In this document: one piece after another, positions 17,652 to 26,075 of the stretch
Layout: each line of letters opens with the position of its first letter
How positions within the stretch are numbered: the first letter of the stretch is position 1
Source: a virus
Lineage: Duplodnaviria; Caudoviricetes
Length of the DNA: 26,075 nt
Strand: one strand, 5' to 3'
IMG/VR virus record: IMGVR_UViG_3300020042_006393
Coordinates: 1 to 26,075 of that record
Made by a program: the position numbers and the translations under genes
Notes under the pieces: model-generated
The model's database searches: none
The model's input: only the letters and a program-made list of their open reading frames with translations
What the model was told of the DNA's origin: nothing

Positions 17652-17766
17652 AATAGGAACATAGGAGGAGGAGAGGGAGGGCTAGGGCCCTCCCTCTACT
17701 ATATATCCCCCTCTATATCCTACTACCTATGCCTATTTTGGCGAACCACCTTTCATTCTCTGCGAG
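17652..17766 (+). repeat. Dispersed hairpin/box element, copy C
   Basis: Stem AGAGGGAGGGC(17672-17682)/GCCCTCCCTCT(17687-17697), loop TAGG; ATATCCCCCTCTA 17703-17715; AACCACCTTTCATTCTCTGCGAG 17744-17766; outer stem AATAGG..CATAGG/CCTATG-CCTATT. Confidence 0.85.
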
Positions 17767-17769
17767 GCG

Positions 17770-17784
17770 TTAACACTGCCAACA
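17770..17784 (+). promoter_or_regulatory. Putative late-promoter motif upstream of giant protein gene
   Basis: TTAACA CTGCCAA CA, then TTAGCGAGG. Confidence 0.5.
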
Positions 17785-17802
17785 TTAGCGAGGAAGATAT
17801 TC

Positions 17803-20800
17803 ATGCCAATCACGCCAAAGCAACAAGAGCTTATAAGAGCTAAAGGATTAGATCCAGCTGTTTTAGAGAAGACAATGGGTCAAGAAAAGATAGATAAATA
17901 TTTCCCAGATGCTTCTAAAGCGATTGGTGCAGCAAAATCAACTGAAGCTGCAAAGCCTATTGTTAAGCCAAGTGTTAAGCCTTTACCACGCGATCCAACA
18001 GCAGGGATAGATAGAGCTGTAATTGTTGAGCCATCTAAGCAGCTAGATCTGCCAACCATTCAGGCTGATGTTACTTCTCCTAAGCCAATAATTAAAGTTC
18101 CAAGTACCAATGTTCCTTCCACTATCGGACTTGAAGATTTGTCACGACAGATGGTTGTTTCACGTTCAACAACTCCAGAGGGACTAATTGATCCTGAGAA
18201 GGAAAAGGCTGCTCAAGAAAAGGCAAATAGAATAATGGGACAGCCTTTTACTTTAGGTGGAACTCCATCTCCAGTAACCGCTCCTTTTGCGTCCCAACCT
18301 AGCAAGGTTGGATTCTTAGAATCTTTAAAACCACAGACTATACAAACACCTGAGCAAGCTTATCAGCAATCAGAAATGGATCGTCTAACAACAATGGACG
18401 CCATCTCCCAGTTAGAAGGAGAGTATAGAGAAGCTTTAACTAGCTTTAACAAATCAGGATCAAGTGAACTAGCTGCCGCAACTGAGAAGAAACTAAAAGA
18501 TCTTATGGCTCCAGGTAATCCTCTTTTGAAAGGCGATGTTGTTAAAAGAAAGAATTATCTTTTAGAATATAATGCTCTAAGACAGGAAGCTATTGCATCA
18601 GGAAAAGCTCCTCCTGCATTTAGTCCACCTATGGAAAGCGGAGATATTACTGACGTTGCAGGTCAGGTTACAAGTGACTTATTAAAAAGAGTTATGACAG
18701 AGCCTGGTGTTGGTGGAAAGATTGTTGAGTCAGCACCAGCTTATGCTCTAAGAATGCTATCTGCTCCAGTCTCAGGTATAGTTGGTGCAGTTGAAGGTGC
18801 TGTAACAGATAAGCCAATGGCCGAAACCATCCCTGAAAGAATCGTTGGTGGCGCAGGAATAATGGGCGCAGGTATTGATATTGGTTCATCTATTGCTGAT
18901 AGCATGGGTTACACCGAAGAAGCTGCAAAGACCGACAATCAAATAGCTGGCAAGAGATCTGCAATCATGGCAGTAACTGGTGTTATGGGTCTTGCTGGTG
19001 ACTTTATGGTCCCAGTTGCACCAGGATCAGGTTTAGTCCGTGCTGCTGGTAAGGCTGGTGCAGAGGCTTACCAAGTTGAGAAAGTCCTTGGAGCAGCTAC
19101 TGGAACCGCTTTAAAAGGTGCTGCCAAGCAAGCTGGTAAAGCTGTCGTTGGAGAGGCTAGAGTTATACCTGTTGTTGGAAAGTATATTCCTTATGAATAT
19201 GGAAAGGATGCTTTGTCAAAAGGTATTTCTAACTACGCCACAAATGCAAGAAATCAGCAGACAATGTCTGATATCCTAAAGATCGGTGATGAACTTAAAA
19301 GCAATGGAGAGTTAAAAAACTGGGATAAGCTAGATTACAATGATAAAACCAAAGCTTTAGAGGCAGCCTATACAAAGGTAGGAGGAAGCGATTACAAAGC
19401 TTTTGAAGCAGAAAGTGGAAAGATTGGAGACATCTATAACAAGGATCTATATAGGGATATAGAATCAACTAGTCAGATGATGGTAAGGCGTACTGTCATG
19501 GACAACGTACTAACTCCAGAATCTAAAGATATCCTTGGAAAATCTGGCGCCCTAGATTCCAATAGACTTATGAATGATTTGATAGAATTTGTTCAAAAGA
19601 ATGGTGGAGATACAAGCTCTCTTAAGACAGTCCCAGGATTATTTGAAAAAGCAAGCGATATCGTAACAAGATCAAAGACTCCATCAACAGCTACAATGAT
19701 AGCTGTTTTAGATAAAGATCAACTAGCTGCCTTAAGCAAGCAATATCTTCAGGATCTTGCAGTAAAAAACTTAACAAAGACTGCTATGACAAGTCCTGCA
19801 AAAATGTCTTTGCTTCCAAATTATAGCAGATTAACTAGAACATCATTTCTTCCAGATTCAGAAACAAAAAAGGTTATCAACTTTTTAAATAAATCTGCAA
19901 TCGGAAAGACTAAGGATGCAGCAGCTAAAGCAATTGCTGATGGAAAGAAGGCTATAGTTGTTGAAGGAGATTTGGTAAGCGAATTAAATAGAACTCTTGG
20001 AAGTCCTGTTTTCCAGAAGGAAGTAGGAGAAGGTGGAGCTGCTATAGATCGTAGCATTGTGAATGATATAAATAGACTTTTGATAAAAGATAGCAGCGGA
20101 AGATATATTATCCAGGCTTCTGATTGGAACAACTTGGTCGAAAAGGTTACTGATGCATATGCTCAAACGTTGCCAGGTTATAAGTCTATCTTTGATGTTG
20201 ATCAAGAGCTAAAGAGAGTCAAGCCAGTTAGAAAAGAAGGCGAGATTCCAGTTCCATCAACAAGCGAAGTAATTGTTAAAGAGCAATATTATTCAAAGGT
20301 ATTAACACCTAAAGAGGTAGCTGGTGGAACAATGGAAAATGTTCTGGTTGCAGCAACATCTAAAGCAATAGAAGGTTCAAAAGCAGCAAGCTATTCAGAA
20401 CTATCAACAGAGTTTGTTGATGCGATAGGACAAAGATTTGGTTCAATTCCAGAAGACTTTAGGATGGTTTTAAAAAACAACAGAGCTTCAGGTTTATCAC
20501 CACAAGATGCATGGGCAACAACTGTAGTTGATAACTACAATAGACATGCAGAAGATATTATAGATAGAATCGTAATCGAATCAGGAGAAGCTGGTGGTGT
20601 ACTTCCTAAAGAAGCTTTAGATATTAAGCAAGCAAACGTCGAGCAAATGTTTGACGATTACACTGCAATGCTTTATGGAGGATACGAAAGTATTATCGAA
20701 GCAATAAATACAACTGGCAGATCACAGTATCTAGATGGTATGCTTATAGCTCCTTTTGAAATGAGGCAGCTTGCATTTGTTTTGAACCAAAATGAAATGG

Positions 20801-23800
20801 TCAAGAACATTAGACAGGAGTTTATAAAACTTGCTATGGATGGCAAGAATGGCGAAGCTTTAGTTAAACTAAGAGATGTTCATGCTGTATTACAAGGCCG
20901 TCCAATGAAGCAGTTTATCTCTAGTTCACAGCAGCTAGAAGAGTTCCATAAGGCAGCGGTTCTTGATGATAAATATGGAATCTTAAAGAAAGGAACTGGT
21001 GATACTTTCAAGACCGATGAGGCGTTCCAAGGTAAAAGAGGAATCTTTGAGATGTGGAACTATGGTGGAGAGACTGCTCCAATGTTCTTTGTTGATAGCC
21101 ATCTAGATCTTTTGTCTGCACAATATATGACCCGTAGACAGTCAGCTATTGTCTCTGAGGTTTATCAAGACTGGACAAACATTTATCCTGAACTATTTCC
21201 ATCTACAACTACGATTGATAGAAATGTTGAAAGGTATATGGGCTTCCTTGAAAACACTCCTTTGGCTGGAAAAGATTTCTATACAAAAATACTTGGAGAT
21301 TTAAAAGCTGATATTGAATTGACTTATCTAAAGCAGCCAGAAATTCCAAAACCAGTTGCACCTCCAAAGGATCTTCCTCAAGGTGTAACATATATGGGAC
21401 CACTTGAGCCTGTCAAGACTGAGGCAGAAATTCTTGCACAGTTTGAAAAGGACAAACTACAAGTTGCTAAATTCCTAGAAAGCGAATACTATCCTGATTT
21501 TGCAAAGCAAATAATGCAAATAGTATCTAGGGATCCAGCACTTGGAAGAGAAGTTTATGTTGGCCTTGTTGAAGATAGCTTAACAAGATTGTCTGCATCT
21601 GAACAGGTTTCTGGAAGATATAGTGCTGCGATAAGAAAGAGACAAGCTGCTATATCAAATAATATGATGCTTGATATTGAGGAGCAAACAAAACAAATAA
21701 GAGATGATGTGAAATTTGTTCTTGATGATTATAAGCAACAAAAAGGTGACTATGCTAAAAAAGCAGAAGCATATATAGATGGTTTGAAAAAACAAGCTGA
21801 ATCAGTAAACAGTAGTGTTGATCCAAAAATCAAAGATATAACTGAAAAGATTAAAGCTATTGAAAAAAAATCAGCAAAACATCCACCATTTGATATGACC
21901 AATCTAACAACAGGAAAGCTTGAGAAAGTTCCTGCTGATATTAAACAATTAAGATTAGACCTAAAGAAACTTAAAGCTGATAAGCAAGCATTACTCGCAC
22001 AACGTAATAGTGCAAATGCTAGCGTAACTATAGCTATTGAAGAAGCAAGCACAGAGTTATCTAACTTAAGAGAAATGAAGAACGTTGTTGTAGAAAACTT
22101 AAATAGCAAGATTGTAAATAAAAAACTTCAAAAGGAAATAATTGGTAAAACAATCAATGCACTATTTTTTAGTCCAGAAGCATATAACTATCACAGGCTA
22201 GCTTCAGGTGCAGAGGACTATGTAAGATCTCTATATCCACAGCTAAGAGCTGAGACAACTCCTTTGTTTTATGACACTTTAAAAACCTCAATTAGAAATG
22301 CAGCAACAAACAATCTTGCAGTTTTAACAAAGGGTCCTTTAGAGCAGACTCAAACTATATCATTAATATCTCAAGATACTGCTGCTATCAAGGGAGCTCT
22401 TCGTAGACGTGGTGGTATTGACGAATTTACAAAGTCAATGGAAGAATTGAAGATTGATAGCAATGTTAGAAAGCTTCCACCTGGAATAGAAATGAGCCAA
22501 GATTTGTCAACAGCAATTGAGGAAGGATTAAAGGTTACTGATAATTTAAGAGATGTTGCAGTTAAAAATAAGGGTACAGCAAATAGACTAGGCAGTGTCT
22601 TAACAGATGTATTTGGATCAAAAGAAGCATTCTTTGCTGATGGCCGTGTGTCTGCATATGCAAAGGGTGGTGTTCTAGGCGGCCAATTCTTACCAAACTT
22701 AAGGTATATGATGGCAAACTATTTAACAGCGCCTGCAATTATTTACTCAACCATTGGTGGAAAGTATGCCGCTGGTTCATTAAAGACTATGGCAGGTTTT
22801 GATTTTGCAACAAACCAAACAATGAAAGCACTATTGGGAATGGATCTTACAGGAGGATCAGCAAGAATATCTGCTGCTTCAGCAATGGATATAAGATTAG
22901 CAGGTGGCGCTCCAGCAGAAGTAATCGTTGTTACCACTCCATCAGGAAAGGTTTACACAAACTATGACGTAGCAAAGCTTGTTGCAGATGGTGGTGTTGC
23001 TAGATCACAAGCATCAGCAGAGTTAACCACTAAGGTTATTGAAGAGCTTACATCATATGCTGCTGTCAATCATAAAAAGTTAATGAGCTCTGAACTAAAG
23101 GGCTTGAACAATATGTCTGAGAATGCACTAAAGCAATGGATTATTGAATCTTATGGTTTCCCTTTTGCAAAGACTGCATTAACTGGAGAGGTTGCTAAGG
23201 AAGGTTTCCCTCTAGTAAGTGGCAAAAGAAGCATGAATATTTTCTCAGAGTTTGCAAATAACTGTGATACAATGCAGCGTGTTTCAGTTCTTCAAAGTGC
23301 ACTGAAGACAGGCATGGCTGAAGAGCAAGCACTTAAGTTGGCTAGAGAATCCTTATTTGATTATGGAAACTTAACTACCATTGAGAAGGATTTCTTTGCA
23401 AGAGTATTCTGGTTCTGGACATTTAGAAGGAATAGCTATCGCGCAGTTCTAAAATCTCTTTTAACAAATCCAGAAAGATTAAAGAACACAGCATTAGCAA
23501 ATGGCTTTATCGCAGAAATGGATAGAGATAATAATATTGCAACAGCTGATTATGCAGCAACAAGACCATTCATACATATGATTGATGATCCAGAGAACAA
23601 GCAACGCTTTGCACTATATGGTCCTGGTATTCCAGCTTTGTCAGCAATGTCAGAGCTTGTTGATTACATGTCTGTTGTTCCATATTTGTTAAACCCAAAT
23701 ATTTCTGTTGGTGAAAAAATATCAACTGGATTAAAAGAAGTTCCTCTTGCTTATGCAAAGCAAGCACCTCCTGCTATCCAGACTACTATTGGTGTTGCCT

Positions 23801-24291
23801 TTGGTGTTGATCCTAGAAGAGATGCAAAAGAACTAGGATATTATCTTGATCCAAAATTAATGTGGTGGTTACAGCAAGACCCAGAGAAGTGGGCAACCTT
23901 CCAATCATTTATTAATATTGAAACTGTACCTCCAGATCAGGAAATCCCAGGTAGAGGTTCTTATCAAGGAAGACAGTGGCGTATTAGAAAAGGTGATGAG
24001 GCTTCTCTAAGAAACTGGTTTGCTTTCCAACAGTTGATGTTATTCGGTGGTACTCTAAGAAACCTACAAGACTACTCTGTTGTCGGAAATCTTTTGACTG
24101 GTGAGCAAACAAGCGACACTCAAGATATAAGACTTGGCGGTGAATCTTCAAACGCTGAGCTAATAATGATCATGACATCTTCAGGTGTTGTGACTCCAAT
24201 TGAGGCTGTTACTGTCCAGGATAGAATTGAATTTAATAAGAGAGCAATTGCTGAGCAGTTCAGGAAAAATACATACGACACCAAGAGATAA
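17803..24291 (+). CDS. Giant internal virion/ejection protein (2162 aa)
   Basis: Largest of the ejection trio; C-terminal 'ARESLFDYGNLTTIEK..FARVFWFWTF' resembles the helical module of large podophage internal proteins. Confidence 0.65.
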   Translation: MPITPKQQELIRAKGLDPAVLEKTMGQEKIDKYFPDASKAIGAAKSTEAAKPIVKPSVKPLPRDPTAGIDRAVIVEPSKQLDLPTIQADVTSPKPIIKVPSTNVPSTIGLEDLSRQMVVSRSTTPEGLIDPEKEKAAQEKANRIMGQPFTLGGTPSPVTAPFASQPSKVGFLESLKPQTIQTPEQAYQQSEMDRLTTMDAISQLEGEYREALTSFNKSGSSELAAATEKKLKDLMAPGNPLLKGDVVKRKNYLLEYNALRQEAIASGKAPPAFSPPMESGDITDVAGQVTSDLLKRVMTEPGVGGKIVESAPAYALRMLSAPVSGIVGAVEGAVTDKPMAETIPERIVGGAGIMGAGIDIGSSIADSMGYTEEAAKTDNQIAGKRSAIMAVTGVMGLAGDFMVPVAPGSGLVRAAGKAGAEAYQVEKVLGAATGTALKGAAKQAGKAVVGEARVIPVVGKYIPYEYGKDALSKGISNYATNARNQQTMSDILKIGDELKSNGELKNWDKLDYNDKTKALEAAYTKVGGSDYKAFEAESGKIGDIYNKDLYRDIESTSQMMVRRTVMDNVLTPESKDILGKSGALDSNRLMNDLIEFVQKNGGDTSSLKTVPGLFEKASDIVTRSKTPSTATMIAVLDKDQLAALSKQYLQDLAVKNLTKTAMTSPAKMSLLPNYSRLTRTSFLPDSETKKVINFLNKSAIGKTKDAAAKAIADGKKAIVVEGDLVSELNRTLGSPVFQKEVGEGGAAIDRSIVNDINRLLIKDSSGRYIIQASDWNNLVEKVTDAYAQTLPGYKSIFDVDQELKRVKPVRKEGEIPVPSTSEVIVKEQYYSKVLTPKEVAGGTMENVLVAATSKAIEGSKAASYSELSTEFVDAIGQRFGSIPEDFRMVLKNNRASGLSPQDAWATTVVDNYNRHAEDIIDRIVIESGEAGGVLPKEALDIKQANVEQMFDDYTAMLYGGYESIIEAINTTGRSQYLDGMLIAPFEMRQLAFVLNQNEMVKNIRQEFIKLAMDGKNGEALVKLRDVHAVLQGRPMKQFISSSQQLEEFHKAAVLDDKYGILKKGTGDTFKTDEAFQGKRGIFEMWNYGGETAPMFFVDSHLDLLSAQYMTRRQSAIVSEVYQDWTNIYPELFPSTTTIDRNVERYMGFLENTPLAGKDFYTKILGDLKADIELTYLKQPEIPKPVAPPKDLPQGVTYMGPLEPVKTEAEILAQFEKDKLQVAKFLESEYYPDFAKQIMQIVSRDPALGREVYVGLVEDSLTRLSASEQVSGRYSAAIRKRQAAISNNMMLDIEEQTKQIRDDVKFVLDDYKQQKGDYAKKAEAYIDGLKKQAESVNSSVDPKIKDITEKIKAIEKKSAKHPPFDMTNLTTGKLEKVPADIKQLRLDLKKLKADKQALLAQRNSANASVTIAIEEASTELSNLREMKNVVVENLNSKIVNKKLQKEIIGKTINALFFSPEAYNYHRLASGAEDYVRSLYPQLRAETTPLFYDTLKTSIRNAATNNLAVLTKGPLEQTQTISLISQDTAAIKGALRRRGGIDEFTKSMEELKIDSNVRKLPPGIEMSQDLSTAIEEGLKVTDNLRDVAVKNKGTANRLGSVLTDVFGSKEAFFADGRVSAYAKGGVLGGQFLPNLRYMMANYLTAPAIIYSTIGGKYAAGSLKTMAGFDFATNQTMKALLGMDLTGGSARISAASAMDIRLAGGAPAEVIVVTTPSGKVYTNYDVAKLVADGGVARSQASAELTTKVIEELTSYAAVNHKKLMSSELKGLNNMSENALKQWIIESYGFPFAKTALTGEVAKEGFPLVSGKRSMNIFSEFANNCDTMQRVSVLQSALKTGMAEEQALKLARESLFDYGNLTTIEKDFFARVFWFWTFRRNSYRAVLKSLLTNPERLKNTALANGFIAEMDRDNNIATADYAATRPFIHMIDDPENKQRFALYGPGIPALSAMSELVDYMSVVPYLLNPNISVGEKISTGLKEVPLAYAKQAPPAIQTTIGVAFGVDPRRDAKELGYYLDPKLMWWLQQDPEKWATFQSFINIETVPPDQEIPGRGSYQGRQWRIRKGDEASLRNWFAFQQLMLFGGTLRNLQDYSVVGNLLTGEQTSDTQDIRLGGESSNAELIMIMTSSGVVTPIEAVTVQDRIEFNKRAIAEQFRKNTYDTKR

Positions 24292-24316
24292 CTAATCCTT
24301 AAATAGTGGGAGGTTG

Positions 24317-24349
24317 GAGGCGAGTGGAAACAGAGACACCACTCGCCTC
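24317..24349 (+). terminator. GC-rich hairpin after giant gene (possible terminator or processing site)
   Basis: GAGGCGAGTGG-N11-CCACTCGCCTC, 11-bp perfect stem; weak U-tract. Confidence 0.5.
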
Positions 24350-24390
24350 TGTAATTTCTAGATAACATATTTTACATTGATGAGGCAGAT

Positions 24391-24570
24391 ATGCAGAAGA
24401 CAAAGTCCAAAGATAAAAATGACAACAGCAAAGAAGACAAGGCGTCTTGTTTAACTGACGACAAGAGAGAGCCAATAGTCATTGAAGGTGATGAAAGCAA
24501 TGCATATCTTCCTAGATTTATTTTAATGCCAGCTCAGGGTGCATCAAGCGGTCTGAGTAAGAAGGAGTAG
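24391..24570 (+). CDS. Small hypothetical protein (59 aa, MQKTKSKDKND...LSKKE); not in ORF track
   Basis: GAGG RBS, open frame ending 2 nt before next ATG; preceded by ATAACA-N7-CA motif variant. Confidence 0.55.
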   Translation: MQKTKSKDKNDNSKEDKASCLTDDKREPIVIEGDESNAYLPRFILMPAQGASSGLSKKE

Positions 24571-24572
24571 AC

Positions 24573-25001
24573 ATGGCCAAAGTAGGATCATTCGTAAACA
24601 GCGACGTACATTCAAGCTTAACAATAGCTTGTAGCGATTCATATTCAACAGCACGTAGACATGCACTTAATATATGGAGCGGATCTACAGTTGCTTATAA
24701 GGGCTCGATACTAGGAGCTCTTTATATTCATGTTGATACAATTGCAGGAGCACCAACAGGTATCACAGTAAGACTAACAAGAGATGCTGCAGGCGATATC
24801 CCAGTTATTGGTGATACAACTGCAACACTATCACTTGGTGTAACTACAGCAACTTTAGGAAACGTAACATATAAACTTGATGTTCCATACTTTCATACAG
24901 CTTCTAGTGTTGCTGACGGTGTTCTATATGTATTCTTCAAAACCAATGTAGCTGCATCAACTTGCAACGTAAAGAGAATTGAATTAGTAACCGTAGAGTA
25001 A
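24573..25001 (+). CDS. Putative virion structural protein (beta-sandwich)
   Basis: 142 aa, Thr/Val-rich beta-strand pattern; AAGGAG RBS. Confidence 0.55.
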   Translation: MAKVGSFVNSDVHSSLTIACSDSYSTARRHALNIWSGSTVAYKGSILGALYIHVDTIAGAPTGITVRLTRDAAGDIPVIGDTTATLSLGVTTATLGNVTYKLDVPYFHTASSVADGVLYVFFKTNVAASTCNVKRIELVTVE

Positions 25002-25010
25002 GGAGGAGCT

Positions 25011-26036
25011 ATGTCTACACCAAGTAGCTCTAATGCAGATGTATTTAGGGGCGACTCAACAACTCATTCAAAGAATGCTAATGCATTCCCAACATATGTA
25101 TCATCAGGCTCATCTCCTTCTTCATCAACTCTAACAACCAAAGGAGAGCTTCTAGCCCAGTGGGATTTCTCACAGATGGCAGATAGAAGCTTTACTGTTG
25201 ATGGAGATTCAACGGTAGTTCCTACAACCGGCAAAGCAACAACTGCAACCTGGAAGTTCTTTGACATGGTTGCAGGATTAGGTGCAACTGGAAAGATTAG
25301 AATTCAGTCTGGCAAACTAGAGATGAAAGGCAATGTTGATACAAATGCTGCAAATTCTATCTGGGGTTTAAACACAGGTAGACCTGCTCGTTCAGCAGCA
25401 TTTGCAATTAATTTAAGATCACTATCAACAACATTAACTGCCGATACCTTAATGACCTCACATAGATATATTCTTGAGGTTGAGATAGATCCTTCTTTCT
25501 CAGGTGGTGTTCCTGCAAATATAACTGTGCCAACTTACCACCAGTTGCACTATGGTTTCGCAACTGAAATGGATCCTCTTGTTGCTGGCACTGCAACACA
25601 AGGTCGCTTTATGAATATGGCTTATCACGTAAGTACAGGTTCAACTTCATCTACGCATACTTGGCATGGCTGGTCTAGAACAGGCTTTAACGTAACAACA
25701 GGTGAGGGTGCCGGATATATTGGTTCAGCTTATTCTCCTTCAAAATATTCTAACACAGCACAAGCTGGTGCAAATGGTTACGCAGCAGAATGGACAGTAA
25801 CAACAGCTCAGAAGGTTACAGTTACTCATGATACAATAAGACCAAACGCTACCTTCTTTCCAACTACTACATCAGCTAAAGCTCAGGCAAATGTTGGCAC
25901 AGCTTTCCATCTAGAAAGAACAATCAACACAGATACAGGTACAACACCTTGGTTGAATCAAGCTTCAACCAATGATGTCTGGGCTTTCTTTACAGTCTTT
26001 AGAGGTTGGGCTGCAGGTGGTAATACAACTGGCTAA
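25011..26036 (+). CDS. Putative virion/receptor-binding lectin-like protein
   Basis: 341 aa, Thr/Gly/aromatic-rich beta protein; AGGAGG RBS. Confidence 0.5.
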   Translation: MSTPSSSNADVFRGDSTTHSKNANAFPTYVSSGSSPSSSTLTTKGELLAQWDFSQMADRSFTVDGDSTVVPTTGKATTATWKFFDMVAGLGATGKIRIQSGKLEMKGNVDTNAANSIWGLNTGRPARSAAFAINLRSLSTTLTADTLMTSHRYILEVEIDPSFSGGVPANITVPTYHQLHYGFATEMDPLVAGTATQGRFMNMAYHVSTGSTSSTHTWHGWSRTGFNVTTGEGAGYIGSAYSPSKYSNTAQAGANGYAAEWTVTTAQKVTVTHDTIRPNATFFPTTTSAKAQANVGTAFHLERTINTDTGTTPWLNQASTNDVWAFFTVFRGWAAGGNTTG

Positions 26037-26075
26037 TATAAAATTAAGAAGATATCTATTTATGAGGTGCGTATA

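Noticed and set aside
282-17766. Interpreting the dispersed elements as CRISPR repeats or ordinary rho-independent terminators
   Set aside because: They are not arrayed with spacers, the hairpins lack U-tracts, and conserved boxes extend ~70 nt beyond the stem
1896-25599. Many 63-126 aa antisense or alternative-frame ORFs nested in long genes
   Set aside because: Shadow ORFs of the structural genes, lacking RBS or motifs
1-26075. Alternative genetic code, DGR/reverse transcriptase or introns
   Set aside because: Long ORFs are intact under the standard code with all three stops used; no RT motif, TR/VR pair or split genes seen

Overview
This 26-kb window is the virion morphogenesis region of a tailed dsDNA phage with podovirus-like gene order. 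On the + strand it runs: terminase large-subunit C-terminus, portal, small head-associated ORFs (FmdB-type zinc ribbon, basic peptides), scaffold, major capsid protein, decoration protein, adaptor, nozzle, three tail/collar proteins, three putative ejection proteins (up to 2162 aa) and further beta-rich virion proteins. Two accessory cassettes interrupt the module. The first (4334-~4950) holds a consensus sigma70 promoter, a tRNA-Ala(UGC), a bidirectional terminator and a convergent membrane-protein gene. The second (6795-8720, minus strand) holds a NUMOD4-HNH-AP2 endonuclease and a stand-alone family-A-polymerase-like (TV-Pol-like) protein. The most striking unexplained signal is a ~100-bp non-coding element in three dispersed copies (282-382 +, 8617-8720 -, 17652-17766 +). 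Each copy has a covarying GC-rich hairpin with a TA(A)GG(C) loop, an invariant ATATCCCCCTCTA box and a second box at fixed spacing. One copy points into the polymerase cassette. A candidate late-promoter motif, TTAACA-N7-YA, precedes seven genes of the virion module. Protein calls rest on motifs and synteny read by eye; no database searches were run.
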